Source: an uncultured Bacillota bacterium
Lineage (GTDB): Bacteria; Bacillota_I; Bacilli_A; RFN20; CAG-288
Assembly: GCA_949299015.1 (NCBI GenBank)
Contig: CASFYT010000018.1
Span: 216 to 64,215, forward strand
Length of the DNA stretch: 64,000 nt
Direction of reading: 5' to 3'
Each line of letters starts with the position of its first letter. Positions within the stretch are counted from its first letter, which is position 1. The position numbers were made by a program, and so were the translations under genes. The notes under the pieces are model-generated. The model was not told where the DNA came from. It made no database searches and saw only the letters and a list, made by a program, of their open reading frames with translations. Shown piece by piece: positions 1 to 7,730 of the stretch.

Positions 1-15
1 TATCCCACTGGTGCA

Positions 16-1173
16 AAAAAAAGATGATCTGAAATCACAATACTACCAAACGCCTGAACTTCTCCAACGAGCATTTCGGGAGTTGAAGGAGAATCTGAAA
101 TCACAATACTACCAAACGTCCGAAGCGTGGGCTTGCCGTCTTGTATGGTTGAAGGAGAATCTGAAATCACAATACTACCAAACCACGAGTTTATTTTAGC
201 GGCGAAAAAAGAAGTTGAAGGAGAATCTGAAATCACAATACTACCAAACAAGATTGGGGGGCGAAACACTTTTCGTTCTGTTGAAGGAGAATCTGAAATC
301 ACAATACTACCAAACTAGGCATACATGCACGCCCTCTTCTCGTTTGTTGAAGGAGAATCTGAAATCACAATACTACCAAACTCCCATAGTAACACGGCTA
401 CCCTCCCCCTGGTTGAAGGAGAATCTGAAATCACAATACTACCAAACCGGCTGATGAGATTGTATCGCTTCGTGCTTGTTGAAGGAGAATCTGAAATCAC
501 AATACTACCAAACATGGCTCTATGAATGTCTCAGATTAGACGCGTTGAAGGAGAATCTGAAATCACAATACTACCAAACACCTCTAATAGAATCTCCGGG
601 GAGAACCTCGTTGAAGGAGAATCTGAAATCACAATACTACCAAACATTCGCACTCGTCATAAGAAGCTTCATGCAGTTGAAGGAGAATCTGAAATCACAA
701 TACTACCAAACTCGTAGGAACGACAGGGGTAAGCATACGGGGTTGAAGGAGAATCTGAAATCACAATACTACCAAACATCAGCTCCGGCTTGCTCATGCG
801 GCTTATGGTTGAAGGAGAATCTGAAATCACAATACTACCAAACCAGTCCATGGGGGGTCACCACGACAGGCAGGTTGAAGGAGAATCTGAAATCACAATA
901 CTACCAAACGGCGGTGCGACAGTCCCTATTAATGTCAATGTTGAAGGAGAATCTGAAATCACAATACTACCAAACACCTGATTTAAAGACACAAGGTAAT
1001 ACTTTGTTGAAGGAGAATCTGAAATCACAATACTACCAAACATATAGGCTAGACTATTGACGCCTAAAGAAGTTGAAGGAGAATCTGAAATCACAATACT
1101 ACCAAACATAAGTCGAAGGAAGCACGGTTGCTTGTTCGTTGAAGGAGAATCTGAAATCACAATACTACCAAAC
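16..1173 (-). CRISPR. Type II-A CRISPR array with 18 repeats and 17 spacers
   Basis: The 36-nt repeat GTTGAAGGAGAATCTGAAATCACAATACTACCAAAC (+ strand) recurs with a strict 66-nt period, starting at 82, 148, 214 ... 1138. All spacers are unique and 30 nt long. The copy at 16-51 keeps only the last ~24 nt, so it is a degenerate terminal repeat. On the - strand the repeat reads GTTTGGTAGTATTGTGATTTCAGATTCTCCTTCAAC. The cas operon lies directly upstream on the - strand. Confidence 0.98.
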
Positions 1174-1224
1174 CTCTAGAGTATAGAAATATTGGTAGTA
1201 TTTGTTGATTTCTTGCCAATTTTA
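1174..1224 (-). promoter_or_regulatory. CRISPR leader with a candidate crRNA promoter
   Basis: A 51-nt AT-rich gap separates the csn2 stop (1225) from the leader-proximal repeat (1138-1173). On the - strand TCAACA (1203-1208) is followed by a 17-nt spacer and then TATACT (1180-1185). Confidence 0.45.
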
Positions 1225-1920
1225 TCATCTTTCCGATTTTGGTTCAATGTGCTGCTCGTAGAGGTCGGAATCGATTCGAACGATCTTCTCGATGGAGCTT
1301 TTTTTGGAAGGAAGGTGGCTTGAGAGAAGCAGATAAGGGATTTCGAGCCGTCTCATCTCTTGATGAAAAAGAAGAAATTCCTCTTCGCTGAGGGTGTCGC
1401 GAAGATTGTAGAAAAGGAACACGTCCTTCTTGCTGACATGGCGGAGGACGGCGACCTTCATGACGAGGCCTTCGAGGAAGCTTTCTTCGTCGATTGCGGG
1501 TGAGAGGGAAAAGGCCTTGAGGAGCGCAGGAAGGGAAGTCTCCTCGTCGATTCGGAGCGGGATGGGATAATCAAGGATGAGACCATGAAGAAAGGATTGG
1601 ATTTCGTGCACGATTCTCTGGAAGTCCTCCTTCTTTTCGTCCTTGAGGCGAAGGGGAACGTCCTTCTGGAGGAAGGTGCCGGTCTTCTTTTCGTCGAGAG
1701 GACAATGGAAAGGATCATAGAGGAAATATCCGACCTTCGAGAAGTCCTTTTCATCCTTCCCGTCGTAATAGCGGAGGAATTCCTCTCCGCTTTCGAGCTG
1801 TTCCTCGATTCCGCGGAGGAACTGACGAAGGAAGACGGGTTCTTCGATGACGAGATGCGTGACCCATTCGCCGTCGAGGACGAGCGCGGCTTCGATTCGA
1901 TGGTGCCGGAGCACTTTCAT
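1225..1920 (-). CDS. csn2: Csn2 (type II-A marker protein)
   Basis: This 231-aa ORF is the last gene of the cas operon and shares an ATGA overlap with cas2. Its size, position and Csn2-like sequence pattern fit (for example FLFYNLRDTLSEEEF...IPYLLL). Confidence 0.85.
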   Translation of the reverse strand: MKVLRHHRIEAALVLDGEWVTHLVIEEPVFLRQFLRGIEEQLESGEEFLRYYDGKDEKDFSKVGYFLYDPFHCPLDEKKTGTFLQKDVPLRLKDEKKEDFQRIVHEIQSFLHGLILDYPIPLRIDEETSLPALLKAFSLSPAIDEESFLEGLVMKVAVLRHVSKKDVFLFYNLRDTLSEEEFLLFHQEMRRLEIPYLLLSSHLPSKKSSIEKIVRIDSDLYEQHIEPKSER

Positions 1921-2240
1921 AGTTCGACCACCTTCCTGTCCGTATGGACGATGTCGGTCCTGAACTCTCCCAGAAGGTTCTCGATCGACGCGAACTGCTT
2001 CTCCGTCACCGTCAGCAGGGAGACCATTCCGTGCGGAGGGAGATGGACTTCGAGATTCTTCCTCATTCGTTGAATGGCCGCTTCGTTGACCGACAGCTTG
2101 ACGTAGACCGATTCCTGGAACATGATGAAACCGAGGCTCTTGATGAACTTCACGAACTGCCGGTAGTGCCTTCGATTCGCGGCCGTCACCGTCGGAAGGT
2201 CGAACATGAGGATGGTCCGCATATATCTATGAAGCGTCAT
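1917..2240 (-). CDS. cas2: Cas2
   Basis: The product is 107 aa from the internal ATG (MTLHRYMRTILMFDLP...). The tracked ORF extends further 5' into cas1. The gene overlaps the cas1 end by 14 nt, and the MFDLP...YVKL pattern is typical of Cas2. Confidence 0.9.
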   Translation of the reverse strand: MTLHRYMRTILMFDLPTVTAANRRHYRQFVKFIKSLGFIMFQESVYVKLSVNEAAIQRMRKNLEVHLPPHGMVSLLTVTEKQFASIENLLGEFRTDIVHTDRKVVEL

Positions 2241-3102
2241 CTTCGAAAGCAATGGGAAGCAGCAGCTCGCTCTTTTCCTCATTGAGGGCGTTGATGGCGG
2301 AACAAACGTAGTCATGGATGGCGTTGTCCAGAAGCATCGTCCTCGTCCCGCAGCGGACGCTCATCGACAGGACGTTGAGCATCCTGGACTTGAAGTCGTC
2401 TTTCTGAAAGTCCTGCTGGACGGCGACGAAGTCGACGAAGGGCCGGATTGGTTCGACGAGGTCGCATCCGAGGTTGAAGGTGTTCGTTTCTCCGATATGG
2501 TGGATTCCGAGCTGGGGAAGGTAGCCGAGGGTGGCGATTTCGCGGTTGACGGCGCTGAGAACGACGGAATATCCGTAATCGAGATAGACGTTCTCTTCAC
2601 AGACGGGGTTCCGCCGATCGAAGGAAGAGCCGAAGATGGCGGAAAAGTAGACCTTGGCGGCAAGGCCTTCTCTATTGTCCCTGTCTCCCTCGGACACGCT
2701 CTTCTCGTAGCCGTCGAGGAGAGTCGTTTCTAGCCCCAGGGAACGCATGACAAAGGCCTGGTTATGGATTTTCTGCTCGATGATCCTTTTCCAGGCTCGG
2801 TCCTTGTTTTCCTGCGACCAATCGACTTGCTTCTTGAGCTTGCGATAGGTATCCTTCGATCCGGCGTAGGGCTGGACTTCCGAGGAGGGATTGTGCTTGG
2901 CATCGCAAAAGACGATGCGAACGTGATGGTTCAGGAGTTCCGAAATGAGGGCGGTCGTAATGCACACCTGCTGGCTTTCGATGATGAGGATGGAAATCTC
3001 ATCGAGAAGGATCTTTGTCTCTTTGTCGGTCAGGCACACGAGATAGTTGAGACGCGTTTCGAGCTTGCACCGGCTGTTGATCTTCACGATGCGGAAGGAC
3101 AT
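2227..3102 (-). CDS. cas1: Cas1
   Basis: This 291-aa ORF sits between cas9 and cas2. It is Cas1-like along its full length and ends with the acidic C-terminal region seen in type II Cas1. Confidence 0.93.
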   Translation of the reverse strand: MSFRIVKINSRCKLETRLNYLVCLTDKETKILLDEISILIIESQQVCITTALISELLNHHVRIVFCDAKHNPSSEVQPYAGSKDTYRKLKKQVDWSQENKDRAWKRIIEQKIHNQAFVMRSLGLETTLLDGYEKSVSEGDRDNREGLAAKVYFSAIFGSSFDRRNPVCEENVYLDYGYSVVLSAVNREIATLGYLPQLGIHHIGETNTFNLGCDLVEPIRPFVDFVAVQQDFQKDDFKSRMLNVLSMSVRCGTRTMLLDNAIHDYVCSAINALNEEKSELLLPIAFEDDAS

Positions 3103-3105
3103 ACG

Positions 3106-6100
3106 TCAATCCTCAGGAATTGTGAAGAGGATTTTTTCGTAGAAGCCAGTAACGGATTGCGCTAGAATTCGTAAAGAAGGTGAAAATTGTTTTGAATATG
3201 TAATGTTTCCAGATAGTTTTGAAAGACCAATTTTACGTAAGTCCGCTTTTGAGTTGTTGTTCTGTAAGACCTTGATCAATTCGTTCAACACGAATGCTTG
3301 GTCGAGGGTGGAGAGATTATCAAACAGATCACGTCTTTCGATGACGTTGTCGATGGTGTTTTGCAGGCCGGGGACGTCGTGGAAGCAGGTCTTTTGGAAG
3401 ACGGTATCGCAAAGATAGTCGAAGAGCTTCCGATTGTCTTCCTTCGTGATCTTTCTTCCATGGACATCGATTTCTTCGCAGTTGTCGTACTTGGTCGTGT
3501 CCGGTCTCTTCGTCCCTGCCGGCAGGTTGTTGCCGAAGAGGATGGAGATTCGCTGGACATAGCGGACGTATTCTTCGGGGAGCCAGAGCTCGGTGATGTT
3601 GCAGGCGAGAAAGCGTTCGCCGGTCTTTCCGTTGATGGCAATCCGGACAGAGCCGTTCTTCCCGGGAATCTCGAGGACCGCCTTGATGGGGACGAAGGGA
3701 AGAAGGACTTCCGGATTCCTTAGCTTGGGTCCGAGGTCGTCGGTCGTCAGAAAACGATGCAGGAATTCCGCGTCGCCTCTCTTGCTGCCGTAGATCGCTG
3801 GGAAGCTCTCAAGCGTGTAGCTGTGCTTTCCTTTCTTTCCCTCCGATCGCACGAGCAGGAACGATTCTCCCGTCAGGTCGTTATATCCGCCATACTTCCT
3901 GGCGAAGCCTTCTTGGGCGAGGACGGGGGTCTGCTTGAGCGGAAGGACGGCATTGTCCCTTGTCGAATGGAAGCTGGTCTTTCCGAAGAGCCCTTTTTGC
4001 CGATGTGTCATGATGGTGACCATCGGATCATGGAGCTGGAGATTGGTGCGGACGCGGTCGATGGTTCCCTCCGACGAAGGAATCTCCTGTTTGTTGTCGT
4101 CGTAGCGCTTGGCTTTCCAGACCTCGGCTCCGGTCAGATGCGTGCCGGGAATGATCTGGTGCTGGTCGTGCCGGAAGAAGTTTTTGGGGTCGATCTTCGT
4201 CCCTTCGTAGTGCTCACGGATCTCGCGCAGCCTCTCCACGTCGACGGAACCGGAGAAGACCTTGTCGTAGACGTTGCCGACGACGATGTTGAGGTACGCG
4301 TCGTGCGCATGGTGGAAGTCGTTGACGTCGCGGCACTTGACGAGGTCGAAGGCCTTGCGGAAGTCGCTGACGGTGCTGGCCCTGGAATAGACGACCTTTC
4401 CGTTGGGGTCGATGCGATGGAGGAGGTCGGCCGTCGCCTTGACGCTCTGGCTGGTGATGGTCAGCTGCCGATTGATGAATCCGGCGCGTTCTTCGTCCGT
4501 GAGAGTCTTGCCGGCGGGCGTTGTCAGTCGCTCGTACTTGACCTTGGACATCAGATAGGGACGGCCCTTGGCATCCTTTCGTGCATAGAGGGCGTCGATT
4601 TGCTTCCTTCCTTCTTCGGTGATCAGTCCCTTCGGGATGGGATAGATGTCCTGCTTCTTGATGTTGGTTTCCTTGGCGACGAGGACGCGGTTGTCCAGGC
4701 TGTCGTCCTTCAGCATGGCCTGCGGGATGATATGGTCGATGTCGTAGTCCTTCAGTTCCGTGAGGGGAATCGGTTTGCCGGAATAGACGTCCTTTCCCAG
4801 CTGGAGGAAGTAGAGGAAGAGCTTGTCCTTTCGAAGGGCTTCCTCGTCCGTGGATTCGAGCTCCTGGCAGAGATGCTCCTCTTCCTTGGCGATGTGGCAC
4901 GCCCTGTAGACGTCCTGGAGCATCTTCTTGCGGGAGACGGTCCTCTTCTTGCCGGCAGCATCCTTCCTCTTCTGGTCGTCTCTTGTGCATTCCAGGAAAT
5001 AGGCGGAGAAGGAATCGATCTTGAGGATCTTCTTCAGCTCTTCGACGATTTTCTCGGTCTGGCGCAGGGAACGCTTGATGGCGGGCGAGCAGTAGAGGCT
5101 GTCGATGAAGTCCTCCTCCTTGTTTTTCTCGAGATATTCCTGGTTTTCCCTTTCGACCTGCTTCTTGAAGGTGAAGACGTCCTTGCTCTCGTAGATTTCC
5201 TGGAAGGAAAGGGGGAACTCCCACATCAGCTCAAGGATGGTCATGTCCTTCTCCAGGTCCTCTCCCGTCTCCGGATCGACGGCAGGAGAACGCAGTTCGT
5301 TCAGGAGCTTGCGGGACATCCTTCCCCAGCCTTTGAAGGAGAGGTGGGAGAGACGCTGGACGAGAGGAGAGGGGAGTCCAAGCTCCTTCAGCCGTTCCTT
5401 CTTCATCCGGGAGTCTTCGAAGACGGTCAGGGCCGCGATGATTTCCTCTCCCAGGTCAAAGGCTTTCTTGTCCCGGAGCAGGTCCTTCTGAAGGATCTTT
5501 TCGAGGTCGATGAACGAGGCAAGGTCGGCGTGCATGTCTTCCTCGAGAAGCTCCTTGCCCGTCTTCGTCGACAGCACGATTTCGGAAAGGTCCTTGGCGT
5601 TGTGACGGCGAAGGAGGGCTTCCCGGCATTGGCGAAGCTTCGGCTTGCGGAAGCAAAGGTAGACTTCGCGGATGAGGCATTCCTTGTCCTCCCGAGAGAG
5701 CTTCGCTCCGTTGAGAAGCCAGTTGTTCATCTCGTTGAGAAGGATGAAGAGAGAATAGAGAAGGGAGTTTCTGGGCAGGGTAGGCTCGCCATAGAGGTAG
5801 GTGCAGGCGTTGGTCATCCGGGAGATGAAGCGGTTGGCGCTTTCCTTCTCATCCACGATGTCGTAGAAGTTCCAAGGAGTGATTTTGACGCCTTCGACCT
5901 TTCGGACATGCCAAGAGGAACTCGTTTTCTGGCTCGGCAGCGGGCCGACGTAGTAGGGGACGCGGAAGGAGAGCAGGGAAAGAATTTTGTAGCAATCTTT
6001 CTCGGGATGGAGGAAATCCTTGTCCATCGCTCCGAGGAAGGGGTAGAACTTCTTCTGATGATCGAGGATCGTCTTCATTTCGTTATAGTTGAATTGATAG

Positions 6101-7479
6101 GGAATGACGGAGTTGTCTTTGCTGTTCTGCTTTGGAAGGAACTTATTGATTTCGAGAAGAGGAAGAACCTCATCCCATACCTTCCTGTCATCGGCAGAAA
6201 AGGATTCGACCCGGTCCTTGAAGTCGTTGAGAATCTTCTTGCAGAGCTCGTCCTGCGTCGTGCTGTGACGGAGGGGTCCGCCCTTCTTTCCGTTGTAGGC
6301 AACGTAGTTGACATAGTTCTTCGCCGCCTCCGCTTTGCCGTCCTTCTTCTTAACTTCGATGGTCTTGAACATGTTCTCGTAGTCTTCGGGACGATAGGCC
6401 CGATAGAGGTGCTTGAGGAAGCGAAGCTCCCTCTTGTGCTCGTCGTAGAGGGCGATCATGGCATCGGTCAGGGTGGCGTTCTTCTTCAGAAGCTGGCTGA
6501 GGACGCGGGCATCGCGGATTTCCTTCGCCTTGAGGATGAGACGTCCTTGGACATCGTTGACGAGGCCGAGGATCTCTTCCGCCTTCTCCTCGAAATCGCC
6601 TTCGAAGCAGATCTTGATGGCATCCTTTTCCTCGTCTTCCCTTTCGTCAGGGAAGAGGCTGGTCAGCTTGACCCCTGAGCCCCGAATCATGTCGAGAATG
6701 CTTTGCCGGATGTCGTATTCGTCCTTGTTCTTGGCGATAGGGCAGATATTCGACAGGGCCTCCTTGAGCTTGCTTGTTCCCACGATCGTCTGGAAGGCCT
6801 CCCCGATCTTCCTTGCCTGTTCCAGGGTCAGGTGAAATGTCGCGATGGGAAGGCTCTCGTCCAGGGGAAGTTCTTCTAGAATGGCGTCCAGCTCGTCGAA
6901 ATCCCTCTTCAGGGCTTCCGGGCTGGTGTTCGTCCCTTGCAAATCCCCTTCCGTCAGGAAGTTCCCCCGATACTTGATCATGTGGGCGAGGACGAGGTAG
7001 ACCTCCCGAAGGTCGAAGCGACGGTCCGGTTCTTTGAGCATCTTCTGGCGCAGGTGGTAGATGGTCGGATAGTCCTTGCGGAACCTCTTTTCCTGCTCCC
7101 TGTTCGCGAAGAGAAGGGAAAGTCCCCAGATGTTTTCGGCTTTGTCCTCATCGTGGAAGAAGGAGGAATTGAGCCTCTCGAAGAAACGAGGGTCGACCTT
7201 GTCCATCTCTTCGCGGAAGATTTCCTGCAGGAGGTCGAGTCTCCATCTCCTTCGCTGAAGCCTCCTTCTCGCCGTGCGATGCTGCCTCCGTTCGGCGGCG
7301 GTGCTGGCCTCTTCGAAGAGGCGGGCACCCCAAAGGTGCTTCTTGGTATAGACCTTCTGTCCATTCCTGCCATGACGGACCGCTCTCTTCGTGACGATGT
7401 TGTAGTCCTGATCCGTGACGCAAAAACCGACCGAATTGGTCCCGATGTCCAGTCCGAGGTAGTATTTTTCCTTTGCCAT
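3106..7479 (-). CDS. cas9: Cas9 (1457 aa)
   Basis: RuvC-I is present as YYLGLDIGTNSVGFCV. The HNH motif is DYDIDHIIPQAMLKDDSLDNRVLVAKETN. RuvC-III is DVNDFHHAHDAYLNIVVG. The reading frame is intact. Confidence 0.98.
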   Translation of the reverse strand: MAKEKYYLGLDIGTNSVGFCVTDQDYNIVTKRAVRHGRNGQKVYTKKHLWGARLFEEASTAAERRQHRTARRRLQRRRWRLDLLQEIFREEMDKVDPRFFERLNSSFFHDEDKAENIWGLSLLFANREQEKRFRKDYPTIYHLRQKMLKEPDRRFDLREVYLVLAHMIKYRGNFLTEGDLQGTNTSPEALKRDFDELDAILEELPLDESLPIATFHLTLEQARKIGEAFQTIVGTSKLKEALSNICPIAKNKDEYDIRQSILDMIRGSGVKLTSLFPDEREDEEKDAIKICFEGDFEEKAEEILGLVNDVQGRLILKAKEIRDARVLSQLLKKNATLTDAMIALYDEHKRELRFLKHLYRAYRPEDYENMFKTIEVKKKDGKAEAAKNYVNYVAYNGKKGGPLRHSTTQDELCKKILNDFKDRVESFSADDRKVWDEVLPLLEINKFLPKQNSKDNSVIPYQFNYNEMKTILDHQKKFYPFLGAMDKDFLHPEKDCYKILSLLSFRVPYYVGPLPSQKTSSSWHVRKVEGVKITPWNFYDIVDEKESANRFISRMTNACTYLYGEPTLPRNSLLYSLFILLNEMNNWLLNGAKLSREDKECLIREVYLCFRKPKLRQCREALLRRHNAKDLSEIVLSTKTGKELLEEDMHADLASFIDLEKILQKDLLRDKKAFDLGEEIIAALTVFEDSRMKKERLKELGLPSPLVQRLSHLSFKGWGRMSRKLLNELRSPAVDPETGEDLEKDMTILELMWEFPLSFQEIYESKDVFTFKKQVERENQEYLEKNKEEDFIDSLYCSPAIKRSLRQTEKIVEELKKILKIDSFSAYFLECTRDDQKRKDAAGKKRTVSRKKMLQDVYRACHIAKEEEHLCQELESTDEEALRKDKLFLYFLQLGKDVYSGKPIPLTELKDYDIDHIIPQAMLKDDSLDNRVLVAKETNIKKQDIYPIPKGLITEEGRKQIDALYARKDAKGRPYLMSKVKYERLTTPAGKTLTDEERAGFINRQLTITSQSVKATADLLHRIDPNGKVVYSRASTVSDFRKAFDLVKCRDVNDFHHAHDAYLNIVVGNVYDKVFSGSVDVERLREIREHYEGTKIDPKNFFRHDQHQIIPGTHLTGAEVWKAKRYDDNKQEIPSSEGTIDRVRTNLQLHDPMVTIMTHRQKGLFGKTSFHSTRDNAVLPLKQTPVLAQEGFARKYGGYNDLTGESFLLVRSEGKKGKHSYTLESFPAIYGSKRGDAEFLHRFLTTDDLGPKLRNPEVLLPFVPIKAVLEIPGKNGSVRIAINGKTGERFLACNITELWLPEEYVRYVQRISILFGNNLPAGTKRPDTTKYDNCEEIDVHGRKITKEDNRKLFDYLCDTVFQKTCFHDVPGLQNTIDNVIERRDLFDNLSTLDQAFVLNELIKVLQNNNSKADLRKIGLSKLSGNITYSKQFSPSLRILAQSVTGFYEKILFTIPED

Positions 7480-7487
7480 GTGTCCGT

Positions 7488-7516
7488 TTGACTCCTTGTG
7501 ATGACGATGGTATCAT
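7488..7516 (+). promoter_or_regulatory. Candidate tracrRNA promoter
   Basis: TTGACT (7488-7493), a 17-nt spacer and TATCAT (7511-7516) place the transcription start about 7 nt before the anti-repeat. Confidence 0.55.
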
Positions 7517-7544
7517 TATAGGCGTAATCACAATACAAGTCCAA
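7515..7544 (-). promoter_or_regulatory. Candidate cas9 promoter overlapping the tracrRNA promoter and 5' end
   Basis: On the - strand TTGGAC (7539-7544), an 18-nt spacer and TATAAT (7515-7520) precede an AAGGAG ribosome-binding site (7492-7497) and the ATG at 7479. This -10 box overlaps the + strand -10 box. Confidence 0.45.
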
Positions 7545-7606
7545 ATAAGCAGAAATGCCAAAGCTCCTAGCCTGTCGGAAGGCACTTGCCCGAAAGGGCA
7601 TTTTTT
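7523..7606 (+). ncRNA. tracrRNA: tracrRNA (predicted)
   Basis: The anti-repeat AATCACAATACAAGTCCAAAT (7527-7547) pairs with the crRNA repeat 5' end GUUUGGUAGUAUUGUGAUU as 11 bp, a bulge, then 6 bp. It is followed by a nexus-like AAGTCCAAATAAGC that parallels the S. pyogenes AAGUUAAAAUAAGG. Further stems and the hairpin TGCCC-GAAA-GGGCA with T6 (7587-7606) end the RNA. The gene is divergent from cas9. Confidence 0.85.
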
Positions 7607-7641
7607 CGTAAAGAGATAGAGATAATTTCATTTTTCTCTTC

Positions 7642-7670
7642 ATGGACGAGGAAATCCTCGTCCATTTTTC
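7642..7670 (+). terminator. Rho-independent terminator
   Basis: The hairpin ATGGACGAGG-aaat-CCTCGTCCAT is followed by TTTTT, downstream of the tracrRNA. Confidence 0.7.
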
Positions 7671-7697
7671 TAGGGTGGGAAAACCGACGGAGGCATG

Positions 7698-7723
7698 GAA
7701 AAAGCGGGGATTTCTCCCCGCTT
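7698..7723 (-). terminator. Rho-independent terminator of the lipoprotein gene
   Basis: On the - strand the hairpin AGCGGGGA-gaaa-TCCCCGCT is followed by TTTTT, immediately after the stop at 7731. Confidence 0.7.
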
Positions 7724-7730
7724 TCCGGCT

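Noticed and set aside
11-1160. A dozen tracked ORFs of 60-194 aa on both strands with repeating peptide blocks (LKENLKSQYYQT, VEGESEITILPN, FGSIVISDSPST).
   Set aside because: They are translations of the 36-nt CRISPR repeat in different frames. The periodic peptides mirror the 66-nt repeat-spacer period. They are not genes.
3757-6678. A 973-aa ORF antisense to cas9. Similar very long antisense or alternative-frame ORFs occur elsewhere, for example 7695-9473, 12379-14247, 14042-15439, 16460-17818, 21709-23880, 28730-30352, 48916-50004, 50916-52586 and 57734-59251.
   Set aside because: Each lies opposite or out of frame to a gene with clear motifs. Their composition is low-complexity and rich in G, D, E, V, R, L and A, without motifs. 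Strong G/C third-position bias removes TTA, CTA and TCA from the sense strand, which keeps the antisense frame open.
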